Part shown: positions 54,602 through 63,610 of the stretch, one piece after another
How positions within the stretch are numbered: the stretch's first letter is position 1
Layout of the letters: each line of letters starts with the position of its first letter
From: Gammaproteobacteria bacterium
Lineage (GTDB): Bacteria; Pseudomonadota; Gammaproteobacteria; Burkholderiales; Burkholderiaceae_B
NCBI GenBank assembly: GCA_018812945.1
Contig: JAHJCM010000007.1
Span: forward strand, 11,539-75,538
DNA length: 64,000 nt
Direction of reading: 5' to 3'
The notes under the pieces: generated by a model
The model's database searches: none
Seen by the model: only the letters and a program-made list of their open reading frames with translations
What the model was told of the DNA's origin: nothing
Program-made: the position numbers and the translations under genes

Positions 54602-56620
54602 TCAGGCAACCCCAGCCCTTTGCCGCCAAAGCCCCAATAGCATCAACATCGCCAACAAGCCTGGCAGCCCCAATGCTCCGCCGCCGCCACCCCCACCCGA
54701 GCTTGCGGCCACCGGTGTGGTGGTCGGCGAGGGGGTGGAAGTGCCTGATCCGCCAGTGCTGGTGCCGCTGCCCCCGGTGCTGCTGGGGGTAAAGGTGCGT
54801 TCGTTCACTGCGGTGTTGGCCAAACGAACCACGCTGGTATTGCTGCGATTGGTGCTGGTGTCGGTGACTGTGAGCGCGAATTCAGCAATGTTGCCGGCCA
54901 TGCCCGACTGCACCTGCAAGGCGCTGGTGCTGGTGCCAGCCAAAACCACCGGGTTGCCAAACACCTGCTGCCAGCTGAAGGTGAGGTTGGCATTGCCACC
55001 AGTGCTGTTGGTAGACAAAGCCGCATCCAGCACAAATGGGCCATTGCCGGCCACCACAGCCGATTGCTGGATATTGGCCACTGGCAAGGGGTTGCTCAAT
55101 GCCCGGGCAGCCTGAACCGCACCGAGCACATTGAGCAAACCCGCCCCACAACTTGTGGGCGTGCAGTCCAAACGCCCAAACAAACCCGTTGAATTACTGG
55201 CGTTGGCCGGATAAGGCCGGGCGCTATTGCGCAACAAGGTGTCAATTTGACTGGGGGTAAGGCTGGGGCGCACCGCCTTGAGCAGTGAAATGGCACCCGC
55301 CACCATGGGAGCCGAGAAGCTGGTGCCTGCGAACAAAAAGGCCGTGCTGCCATTGGCATTGGGGGTAGACCCCCCGGTGTTGCTGGCGCCGACGTACAAG
55401 CCGTTTGAGTTGCCCGGTGCATGCAGGGTGAGGAAGTTGCTGCTACCACCTTTGGCAGAGTAGTTTGCCAGCTGACCATCTTGCTCGGCTGCCCCGGCAG
55501 CAATGGTGCCGGCACAGTTGGCTGGGTATTGCACGGCCCCGCCGGAATTGTTGCCTGCGGATACCACCACGGCAACATTGCGCGCCCTTGCATCGGCAAT
55601 GGCCAAGGCCACCATGTCGTTTGCAGCGCAACCACCGCCAAACAGAGGTGTGTCAGTGGCGAAACTGAGGTTGATTACATTGGCTGGGTTGGGATTCACG
55701 CCAATGGTGGGGTCCACACGCCCCGAGCCGGTGGCCCAATAAAAGGCATCCACAATGTCGGAACTGGTGGCAATGCCGCACCGGCCAGAAACGCGCACGG
55801 GTAGCACCTTGGCATTCCAGTCCATACCTGCAAGAAATTGCCCATTGTTGGACTGTGCTGCCGCCACCGAGGCCACCGTGGTGCCATGCCAGGAACTGGT
55901 GGTTGAGCCGTCGGGGCAATTAAATCCGGGGGGCGGTGCATCGCCAGGGTCGGATGGATCAGGGTCACGACCGTCGCCATCGTTGGAGCCCGAGTCAACG
56001 ACTATGCCACTTTCTCGTGTACCGGTGGGTGGGGTCACGTTGCTGACAAAGTCGTAGCCAGGTAACAAGCGCCCTTTCAATTCAGTATTTTCAAACAACA
56101 CGCCAGAATCGAGCACTGCGATCACCACGTTGCTGCTGCCACGGGTTTGCTCCCACACGTCCTGCATGCGCAGCGAGGCATAGGCACCCGCGTGCATGTA
56201 GCTGGCTTGATTTACTGCATAGGCGCCATCGTTCGGGGCCGGTACTGCGGTACGTTGCAACTGAATATCGGGGCTGGCAAAGCGCACACCCGGCAAAGCC
56301 TGAAGTGCCGCGCGAATCGCCTGGGGTGTTTGCAAACTGCCCAACACAGGCAGGCTTTGCATTTCAACCAGGTAGCTGTTGGGCTGCAACAGGGGGCGAA
56401 CCATGTTGACAGGAACCCCAAGGGTGTTTTGCAAAGCTTGCAACATACCAGCGGGTGCGTTGCCCTGAGATTCATCGCCCATGTTGATCACCCAACGCAT
56501 GGGAGTGGGCGTGGCTGTGGTGGTGGCTGGGGTTGTTACCGGGTTTGCATGCACATTCGCCAATTGCACCAAACCCACCATGCACATCAGCGATGTGGAA
56601 ACCTTCACATACAACTTCAC
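54602..56620 (-). CDS. S8 subtilisin-like serine protease with C-terminal GlyGly-CTERM-like anchor
   Basis: Triad motifs VLDSG, HGTTVA and GTSFSAP. PKD/K319-like domain, then Ser/Thr linker, GGGGGGG, a TM segment and RQR. Confidence 0.9.
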   Translation of the reverse strand: MKLYVKVSTSLMCMVGLVQLANVHANPVTTPATTTATPTPMRWVINMGDESQGNAPAGMLQALQNTLGVPVNMVRPLLQPNSYLVEMQSLPVLGSLQTPQAIRAALQALPGVRFASPDIQLQRTAVPAPNDGAYAVNQASYMHAGAYASLRMQDVWEQTRGSSNVVIAVLDSGVLFENTELKGRLLPGYDFVSNVTPPTGTRESGIVVDSGSNDGDGRDPDPSDPGDAPPPGFNCPDGSTTSSWHGTTVASVAAAQSNNGQFLAGMDWNAKVLPVRVSGRCGIATSSDIVDAFYWATGSGRVDPTIGVNPNPANVINLSFATDTPLFGGGCAANDMVALAIADARARNVAVVVSAGNNSGGAVQYPANCAGTIAAGAAEQDGQLANYSAKGGSSNFLTLHAPGNSNGLYVGASNTGGSTPNANGSTAFLFAGTSFSAPMVAGAISLLKAVRPSLTPSQIDTLLRNSARPYPANASNSTGLFGRLDCTPTSCGAGLLNVLGAVQAARALSNPLPVANIQQSAVVAGNGPFVLDAALSTNSTGGNANLTFSWQQVFGNPVVLAGTSTSALQVQSGMAGNIAEFALTVTDTSTNRSNTSVVRLANTAVNERTFTPSSTGGSGTSTGGSGTSTPSPTTTPVAASSGGGGGGGALGLPGLLAMLMLLGLWRQRAGVA

Positions 56621-56687
56621 ATCTGTCCCCTGGTTTTTGATAGCCTGCTCAACTTTCTGTTCTTACCCTTGAAGCTTCAGAACGGAT

Positions 56688-56719
56688 TCACCCCACAGTG
56701 CGTGCACACTGCGGGGTGA
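56688..56719. terminator. 13-bp stem hairpin between phoX and the protease gene
   Basis: TCACCCCACAGTG-CGTGCA-CACTGCGGGGTGA with one mismatch. The U-tract is weak. Confidence 0.5.
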
Positions 56720-56759
56720 TTGGGTACTAGTTCGTAACTACTGCCTGTTGGTTGACCGC

Positions 56760-59000
56760 TTACTGACCGATCAAGCCGCCGTCAATACGTGTTAACACAA
56801 TGGTGGCTGAACGTGGGCGGTTGCCTGCGTTTGGCATTTCGCCAGCCGCTGGGTTACCAAAGCCGCCGCCGGTGAGCGGGTAAGGCCAGGAGCTGGTAGG
56901 CGCTGCATTGGAGCCGTCTTCACCTGGGTGCTGAATGTTGATGAACAGGGCTTTGCCATCTGGGCTTTCGGTCAAACCTGTAATTTCCGATTCGACAGGA
57001 CCCACCAACAAGCGGCGCAGTGTACCCAGAGCGCCTACTTTGGTACGCACTACACCGGCACCGCCCGCTGTGTTGTCCACATCCACTTCAGTGCCGTCGC
57101 CTACTTCACCGGGCACAGCGGCCACCAACATGCAGTTGGTGGTGTCTGTGAATGCGCCATCGTCAGTTTGAATGTACAACACACCTGTTTTTTCAGAGAA
57201 CCACAAGCCATCCGGGCTGGACAGCACATTCTCGGCTGTAAGGCCGGAGAGGTTCACGTTCGGGTTGTTGATGTCATCATCTTCAGCACCGAACAGATAG
57301 ATGTCCCACGAGAACCCAACGGCAGCTGGTTCACTGCCGTCCTCGCGCCAGCGAATGACGTGGCCGTTCACGTTACCTTGTGAGCCGGCATCGCCGATGC
57401 CGTTATTGTCGGTGTCATTGTCAAAGTAAACACGTGGGTTGGCGGGGTCCGCCACGCGGCGGCTGGTGTTGTTGGTCAGGGTCATGTACACCTCGCCGTT
57501 GCGTGGATTCACGCCACCCCACTCTGGGCGATCCATTGGCGTACCACCTGCAATGTCAGCCAACAATCGTGTGTTCCAGAACTTTTCGTTGGAATCGGTC
57601 ACCGTGTAGGTAATCGCAGCGGTACTCAGAGAGCCTGAACCGCGCACAGCAGTGATTGTTGTGCCGTCAGCCACACTGGCCAGGTCGATCCAGTCGCCAG
57701 TGAAGTCAGCATCAAATTTGGCCACATACAACTTGCCGGAATCCAGATATTTGTCGCCAGCCTGCAGGCCGCCCATCATGTCGGCCGGGTCCCAGTTCTG
57801 AGTCGATACAAACTTATAAATGTATTCGTAGCGAGAATCGCAGCCCATGTAAAACACCACTGGCTTGCCGGCTTCTACCGGGCCTACCCATGCGCCTTCG
57901 TGTGCAAATCGGCCCATGGCAGTACGCTTTTTGGGTGTGCTGTTGGGGCGGAACGGGTCAATTTCCACGTTCCAGCCATAGGTGTTCGCAGCGTTGCGGT
58001 AATCATCGGCCGCAGTCGCGCCTACAATACCTACGTTCCAGCGGCTGAACGGCTCGCCCACCTGGCCCACTTCGCTGGCTGTGTTCCAGCCTTCACGACC
58101 ATTGCCAGAAGTACGCACACCATACCGACGCATTGAAGCTTGCTCATTGCTGCTACGGCCAGCGTTGTTGCTGTTACCAAAGTAGCCAGCCCAGTTTTCT
58201 TCGCAGGCCAAGTAAGTGCCCCATGGGGTATAACCACTCGCGCAGTTGTTGATGGTGCCGCGTGTACGTGTGCCATTTGGCGAGTACTTGGTGACCATGA
58301 ATGGGTTGCCGCGCAGCGGGCCGCTGATTTCCATGTCGGTCAATGTGTGAATGCGGCGGTTGAACAGGCTGTTCTGAACCACGCTGTACTGGCCATTGCT
58401 GCCACGGCGTACTTCCACTACCGACACACCGTGAATGTACATTTCTTTCAATGCTTCGTTGGCATCGCGAACACCTGCCACGCTGGTGGGGCCATTCACG
58501 TGCAAATATTCAGGAGTAATCGCCTCATGGTTGACCACCAACAGGCCACGATCGCTGACTTCGGGGTCCCAGGCATTATCGGCACCAAGACCAAAGAAGT
58601 ACATGCCGTCGTGGTGATCACCGGAGCGGAACTGGAATTCGGATGGATTGTTTGCGGCGTCAGTGCCATCATTCATGTAATCAGAAACACCCGCAGCGAT
58701 GGGATCACCCAGTTTGTAAAGAACCTGGAACCGATAACCCTCCGCAACTTGCACCGAGTCAGTCAGACTCAATGGTGTGGAACTGAAACCCACCGCATTC
58801 AGTTGAGTACTGCCAGACACGCTGGCGACCGCGCCATCACCACCACCACAGCCTGCCAAGCCAAGAAAGCCCAAGGCAGCAACGCCCACAGAGCCTTTCA
58901 GAATGTTTCGACGGGAAGGGTTTTCCAGGTGCTGGTTAATGATTTGCTGGAATGTGGGGCTGGAAATAATATCCAGTTCTTTTTTGGTTAGTGATGACAT
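56760..59000 (-). CDS. phoX: PhoX alkaline phosphatase (Tat-exported, lipoprotein-type signal)
   Basis: SRRNILK Tat motif, LAGC lipobox, GDHHDGM, VNHE, TPWGTYL.CEEN, GRFAHE, MDRPEW, SPDGL, EITG, INIQHPG. Confidence 0.95.
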   Translation of the reverse strand: MSSLTKKELDIISSPTFQQIINQHLENPSRRNILKGSVGVAALGFLGLAGCGGGDGAVASVSGSTQLNAVGFSSTPLSLTDSVQVAEGYRFQVLYKLGDPIAAGVSDYMNDGTDAANNPSEFQFRSGDHHDGMYFFGLGADNAWDPEVSDRGLLVVNHEAITPEYLHVNGPTSVAGVRDANEALKEMYIHGVSVVEVRRGSNGQYSVVQNSLFNRRIHTLTDMEISGPLRGNPFMVTKYSPNGTRTRGTINNCASGYTPWGTYLACEENWAGYFGNSNNAGRSSNEQASMRRYGVRTSGNGREGWNTASEVGQVGEPFSRWNVGIVGATAADDYRNAANTYGWNVEIDPFRPNSTPKKRTAMGRFAHEGAWVGPVEAGKPVVFYMGCDSRYEYIYKFVSTQNWDPADMMGGLQAGDKYLDSGKLYVAKFDADFTGDWIDLASVADGTTITAVRGSGSLSTAAITYTVTDSNEKFWNTRLLADIAGGTPMDRPEWGGVNPRNGEVYMTLTNNTSRRVADPANPRVYFDNDTDNNGIGDAGSQGNVNGHVIRWREDGSEPAAVGFSWDIYLFGAEDDDINNPNVNLSGLTAENVLSSPDGLWFSEKTGVLYIQTDDGAFTDTTNCMLVAAVPGEVGDGTEVDVDNTAGGAGVVRTKVGALGTLRRLLVGPVESEITGLTESPDGKALFINIQHPGEDGSNAAPTSSWPYPLTGGGFGNPAAGEMPNAGNRPRSATIVLTRIDGGLIGQ

Positions 59001-59041
59001 CTCGACCTCCGTTTAAGACCTCCGGATTGTCTGGTCACCGC

Positions 59042-59070
59042 ATTACAGGAGTGTGAGTATTTTTTTAAAG
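59042..59070 (-). promoter_or_regulatory. Pho-box-like site upstream of phoX
   Basis: Minus-strand half sites CTTTAAA, TACTCAC and CTGTAAT at exact 11-bp spacing, versus PhoB consensus CTGTCAT. Confidence 0.55.
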
Positions 59071-59208
59071 AAATATTTCAGCCTCAACAGGTGTTGAACA
59101 AAGCTGGATGGGGGTTTCAGGGTAATCCCGAATTACAACTTGTTTACCTGAATACTTCGTGGCAAACTTAAACGCCAAGCGATTGATTCCATTGGAGGTA
59201 GTTAGCAA

Positions 59209-59709
59209 ATGCCGAATCAAGTCAACGACGTTCCCAGGCGTAAACAAACCTTGGACAAAGAAAGCAGTTTCAGGCAAAAAATTTGGAAGCTATGGTTGGT
59301 TTTTTTTGCAGCGGCCTTGGCAACATTGTTTACCACCAGCCTGACCCATGCAGGCGAAACCGAAGACAAACAGCAAACAAGGGCCGTGATTGAAGCCCAA
59401 CTCGAAGCCTTTAAACAAGGCGACAGCGCAAAAGCCTTTTCCTACGCAACCCCCAATATTCAAACCATGTTTGGCGATGCCGACACCTTTATGCAAATGG
59501 TGCGCGACGGCTATGACGTGGTGTACCGCCCCGCCTCGGTTCGCTTTGTGAAGTTTGAGACCGATGGAATGAATGCACTACACGCGGTGCAGATGATTGA
59601 CCGCCAGAAAACGCTTTGGAACGTATACTACGTGTTGCAGAAGCGCCCGGACGGCACCTGGAGAATTTCCAGCTGTGAGACCGAAAAAGCGGAAACCGAC
59701 CTGATTTGA
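59209..59709 (+). CDS. DUF4864-like secreted NTF2-fold protein
   Basis: Hydrophobic signal, then VIEAQLEAF...AFSYA.P.IQ.MF...FMQMVR.GY..VYRP and DGTWRIS.C. Confidence 0.75.
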   Translation: MPNQVNDVPRRKQTLDKESSFRQKIWKLWLVFFAAALATLFTTSLTHAGETEDKQQTRAVIEAQLEAFKQGDSAKAFSYATPNIQTMFGDADTFMQMVRDGYDVVYRPASVRFVKFETDGMNALHAVQMIDRQKTLWNVYYVLQKRPDGTWRISSCETEKAETDLI

Positions 59710-59710
59710 C

Positions 59711-60067
59711 ATGACCACTGAAGCAGCAACACCCACTTGTAACATTGCCCTGACCGACGCGGCCCAAGAGCGAATTCTGGATTTGCGGGACAATATGCAC
59801 AAACCGGCGATGATCCGCCTGTATGTGCAAGGTGGTGGTTGTTCCGGCTTTGAATACAAAATCGACCTTGCCAAGGAAACGGACGAGGACGATATTTTGG
59901 TGCAAATCAACCCCTACATTCACATTTATGTGGACCCCGTTAGTGCACCCTACCTGGAAGGCACCACCATCGACTATGAAGCCCACACCCTGGCTTCGCG
60001 TTTTGTATTCAACAATCCGCAGGCAAAGAGCACCTGCGGTTGTGGGTCGAGCTTTTCGGTGGAATAG
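59711..60067 (+). CDS. A-type Fe-S carrier (IscA/ErpA/HesB family)
   Basis: RLYVQGGGCSGFEY, NNPQAKSTCGCGSSF. Confidence 0.92.
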   Translation: MTTEAATPTCNIALTDAAQERILDLRDNMHKPAMIRLYVQGGGCSGFEYKIDLAKETDEDDILVQINPYIHIYVDPVSAPYLEGTTIDYEAHTLASRFVFNNPQAKSTCGCGSSFSVE

Positions 60068-60088
60068 TGAGTTGTTGTCGCGATTACG

Positions 60089-60388
60089 TCAGCGACATTT
60101 GATTTCTTCTTTGAACTCGTCGTACTTCGCTTCGCGTTTTACCTTACATTCACCGTCGCGATATTCCTCTTTCCAGGGAGCATCGGCCACTGGCGAAAAG
60201 CCATCTTCGCACTTCACTTCTTTTTTGTATTCATAGGGCTTGGATTCAATTTTGACCAGGCACGGGCCATCCCAATACTCCTGCTTGCTTCGTTCCCAAT
60301 AGCCATAGTCGCTGCCACCCCAAGCCAAGGCAGGTGCGGTGAATGCAAATGCGGTCACGGTTGCGGTTAAGGCGATGAACGACTTCAT
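60089..60388 (-). CDS. Small secreted protein with two Cys-paired repeats
   Basis: Signal peptide. QEYWDGPCLVKIESK..EYKKEVKC and EEYRDGECKVKREAK..EFKEEIKC. Confidence 0.7.
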   Translation of the reverse strand: MKSFIALTATVTAFAFTAPALAWGGSDYGYWERSKQEYWDGPCLVKIESKPYEYKKEVKCEDGFSPVADAPWKEEYRDGECKVKREAKYDEFKEEIKCR

Positions 60389-60507
60389 GGGTTCTACCTC
60401 GAGGTGTTTGCGGGTGAGGTAGTAACGGGTGGGGCGACGGGGGAGTTGACGGGGTTATTGGTGGTAATTACATTGCGACATTGACGTGCATGTCCAATGA
60501 GGTTTTT

Positions 60508-60738
60508 ATGAACAAATCAAAGGTACTCAAGAGAAGCGACACCCAAGCGGCGCGTCTGCCCAAAGCATTGGCTTTTCCTGCAGATCTTAAATTTGTCGAC
60601 GTTACTGGAATGGGCCGGACTCGTATCATTTCACCGGCAGGTGAGTCTTGGGACAGTTGGTTCAACGGTCCTGGGGTGACCAATGACTTCATGTCGGATC
60701 GAGATCAGCCCGAACCACAAGAAAGAGAATCATTTTGA
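60508..60738 (+). CDS. vapB: VapB/VagC-type antitoxin
   Basis: QAARLPKALAFP, GRTRIISPAGESWDSWF, DFMSDRDQP..QERESF. GAGG RBS. Confidence 0.88.
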   Translation: MNKSKVLKRSDTQAARLPKALAFPADLKFVDVTGMGRTRIISPAGESWDSWFNGPGVTNDFMSDRDQPEPQERESF

Positions 60739-60814
60739 TGTTGAAGTACATGCTCGACACCGACACCTGATTTACGCGATAAAAAACCAACCTGCTGAAG
60801 TTAAACGCGCTTGA
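60738..60814 (+). pseudogene. vapC: Frameshifted, truncated VapC remnant
   Basis: ATG overlaps the vapB stop. MLKYMLDTDT* continues in a shifted frame as IYAIKNQPAEVKRA*, which matches the VapC N-terminus. Nothing homologous follows. Confidence 0.8.
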
Positions 60815-60894
60815 TCGAACCTAAAAAGCGCAATGGTCACTCAAATTGAAGCTACGACAATCGAATTGCCCTTCAATCACCATTACCGACCGAA

Positions 60895-61242
60895 ATGAAT
60901 ATTCTGATCGCAATACTTTACGCTTTGGCAATGTGCATTGTCGCCAAGCAGGCTTCAAAACAGAATCGGAGTATTTTCCTCTGGGTAATGTTGAGTATCT
61001 TTGTTACGCCACTCGGCACAATGCCAATACTTGCCCTGCTCAATAGAAAGAACGCCACAACAATTACCAGACATGACGTCGACTCTTCAATTTCACCAAT
61101 CGACCACAGACCGACAATGGCAATGCTGGAGGTGAATTGCATTGCATGCAGGATTCCAATTAAAAACTACAAATTAGATTGCGATCATTGTGGTACCAAT
61201 CAAACTTTTTCGAAGAACCCTCACTGGGAATCAATCGCTTAA
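60895..61242 (+). CDS. Small membrane protein with C-terminal zinc ribbon
   Basis: Two N-terminal TM segments (SIFLWVMLSIFVTPLG). CIAC...CDHC. Confidence 0.6.
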   Translation: MNILIAILYALAMCIVAKQASKQNRSIFLWVMLSIFVTPLGTMPILALLNRKNATTITRHDVDSSISPIDHRPTMAMLEVNCIACRIPIKNYKLDCDHCGTNQTFSKNPHWESIA

Positions 61243-61904
61243 AGCGATTCAGGCAAGGCCAAATTCCATGGAATTGTTAACCAAGGGCTTGCCGGATCGG
61301 TTGCAAGACCTTTTACATCTTTCATAAGCAAGTTCAAGTTATCGACCGTGGTACTCGGTCTCCAAAATTCTTTGCCGACCATATAGCTTAAGCTGTAGTG
61401 ATGCCAGCCCTCGAATTTCGGCTGCACGCGAATGGCAAATTTGTGTAGATATGCATAGGCCTCTTGCTCAGTCATGATCCCTACTAGGTAACTTGCCTTA
61501 CATATCCAGAAAGCTCGAGCAGCATCAAAGCCCAGAACACCGCCTTCGCCCAGCGCATGCCTGTATTGCATTACGACACTCAGCCTGAGTCGTTCAGTGT
61601 CTCCTTCTGCAATTTCACAAGCCAACGCTTCTACTCGCACTGCCTTCATACAATCAATCAGATTTCGCGTTTCAATGTAGCTTGCCTGTTGGCCAGTGCC
61701 ATACAGCCAGTCGAGTTGTGAATGGAGTTGATCTCGATTCACAATTTCCCAACTATCGGCCAAGGCTTGTCGATAAAAATCCTTGTCTTGCCGTGCAATT
61801 TCACGCGGCTCAAAGGTTTCATGTGACCATCCCTCCCGTTTCTGAAAAATCGCACCGAGTGCTAAACACCACCGCTTTACCAGTTCAATGTGTTGATCAC
61901 TCAT
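61239..61904 (-). CDS. DUF1266 (YbeR/YbeU-like) protein
   Basis: LADSWEIVNRDQL...LDWL, GFDAARA, VGIMTEQEA, F.GW..Y..SY.VGKEFW. ATGA overlap with the J-protein stop. Confidence 0.75.
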   Translation of the reverse strand: MSDQHIELVKRWCLALGAIFQKREGWSHETFEPREIARQDKDFYRQALADSWEIVNRDQLHSQLDWLYGTGQQASYIETRNLIDCMKAVRVEALACEIAEGDTERLRLSVVMQYRHALGEGGVLGFDAARAFWICKASYLVGIMTEQEAYAYLHKFAIRVQPKFEGWHHYSLSYMVGKEFWRPSTTVDNLNLLMKDVKGLATDPASPWLTIPWNLALPESL

Positions 61905-63610
61905 TTCGACACCCCCACCTTTGCTTGACCATCCAAGTCGTGAACAAGTAGCCCCCAATAATCAAGAACCTGCTGTGTCGCAATTTCGCGTGTAATCAAT
62001 TTCTGAAATGTGGCTTGAACCAAATCGGCTTGACCCAAAGCAAGTGCCTGATCCATCACAGCGCAATAGCATGACAAATCATCTGGTCCAAGTTCAAGAG
62101 CCTTCTGAAATTGGTGTAAAGCATCCATTCGATTTCCCACACCTTCCAGACAACGACCCATGCGATGAAACAGGGTGGCATCAGCTTGCCCTTGTGCCAA
62201 CAATGTGTGGCAAACCTCCAGCGATTCCTGGTAACGCCGTAGATCAAGCAATACGCTGCTTTTGCTCCAGAGCACGGGCACCAACGGATCCATTTGATTC
62301 AATAAACTGAGCGCCTTCTCTGGCTTTGATAAGGCGCGGTGGGCCTCAGCCAAACAAAATAGAAAAACTTTGTTGGTCGATTCTGTTTCGATCAGTGACG
62401 TTAATAGTTCCTGCATCTGCTCCCAGGCATCAAGGCGCAATAAAGCAAGGGCCAGTTTTTCGAGACCAACACTGCTTTTTGGCCTGCCAGCACCACTGGA
62501 TTCTTTGACGGCCACGTCAAGAATTTTCAATGCGCCAGCAGAGTTTCCCCGAAAGACTTCAACCTCAGCACGCTCAATTAATAGCAAGACCGAATCATTT
62601 GCAGACTGTATTTGCTTTAAATGAATTAAATACCTTAAAAAACTGGCTTCGTAATCCCAAGGACACAATGAGATCACCCTGTCGTACAGCTCAACTGCAA
62701 TATTTGTATTGCCAGCCAGATCGGCGGCTTTCGCAGCTATTTTCAATAGCTCTACATTCGGTATATTTGAACCGAACGCTGACAAACAATAATCGAGGGC
62801 CTCGGAATGACGCCCTGAAGAACACATTGCCTGAAGGTAAACCTGCTTGGCGTCAATTGAGTTCGGGAAGCATGATAGATAGTGCTCCGCATTTTTCTGT
62901 TGAAAATGCACTTGTCCTTGTCGTACATACAATTTCGAAAGCATCAGGAAAGCTTCTTCATCCCGAACACTCACTAACATTTCTCTCAATGACGAAGCCA
63001 ATTCCATTGCATTGGTATGGCCGTTTCGGAGGTAACGATAGACTTCATCACGTCGATAAAAATACGTTTGTATTTGTTCGTAACTGTAATCCTCTGGAAA
63101 TTTGACGCTATCTATTTCTGGAAGCCACTTTGCATTTTGAAGCCGGTAAAGGAAATACCTTATGGCCTCATTGCTAAAATAATCGCCAAGACGCTCAGCG
63201 TTGTTCTGCCAACCAAAGTACTCATCAAGTAGCTTCCAGACCTGAGCGGGCAGATAAGGATTGCGCAGAAAAAACTCAAACAACCCCAATGCCAATTGAG
63301 TAAATATTCTTCTATCAGTCACTTCGCGTTGTGAAGAAATCAATGTCTGCCAGCTTTCAAGCTGGATCCTCAGTTTGAAGTTCCGATAGACCTCGATCCA
63401 GTCATCTAAAGGGTTGGCTGCACTTTCCTGCATATTGAGCAGACCAGGATTTTCTAAACGGTGCTTAGCCTGCTCAAATGCATCACGAATTCGCTTGAAA
63501 CCCTCAGGGTTTTCCTCGGGCTTGTTGGTCTTCAGTAACTCGAGATATGCCAATCGAACTTCGTTCAAATCTGCACTTGAATCTACCCCCAAAACTTCCC
63601 ACCAGTTCAT
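61901..63610 (-). CDS. J-domain plus TPR co-chaperone (DjlB/DjlC-like)
   Basis: N-terminal WEVLGV...VRLAYL...KPEENPEGFKRIRDAFE J-like domain and C-terminal TPR repeats. Confidence 0.8.
   Translation of the reverse strand: MNWWEVLGVDSSADLNEVRLAYLELLKTNKPEENPEGFKRIRDAFEQAKHRLENPGLLNMQESAANPLDDWIEVYRNFKLRIQLESWQTLISSQREVTDRRIFTQLALGLFEFFLRNPYLPAQVWKLLDEYFGWQNNAERLGDYFSNEAIRYFLYRLQNAKWLPEIDSVKFPEDYSYEQIQTYFYRRDEVYRYLRNGHTNAMELASSLREMLVSVRDEEAFLMLSKLYVRQGQVHFQQKNAEHYLSCFPNSIDAKQVYLQAMCSSGRHSEALDYCLSAFGSNIPNVELLKIAAKAADLAGNTNIAVELYDRVISLCPWDYEASFLRYLIHLKQIQSANDSVLLLIERAEVEVFRGNSAGALKILDVAVKESSGAGRPKSSVGLEKLALALLRLDAWEQMQELLTSLIETESTNKVFLFCLAEAHRALSKPEKALSLLNQMDPLVPVLWSKSSVLLDLRRYQESLEVCHTLLAQGQADATLFHRMGRCLEGVGNRMDALHQFQKALELGPDDLSCYCAVMDQALALGQADLVQATFQKLITREIATQQVLDYWGLLVHDLDGQAKVGVSK

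Noticed and set aside
58140-58991. Long antisense ORFs (e.g. 58140-58991, 10697-11260, 31181-31840, 26581-27093)
   Set aside because: They lie opposite well-supported genes and have no motifs. They are shadow frames of biased codon usage.
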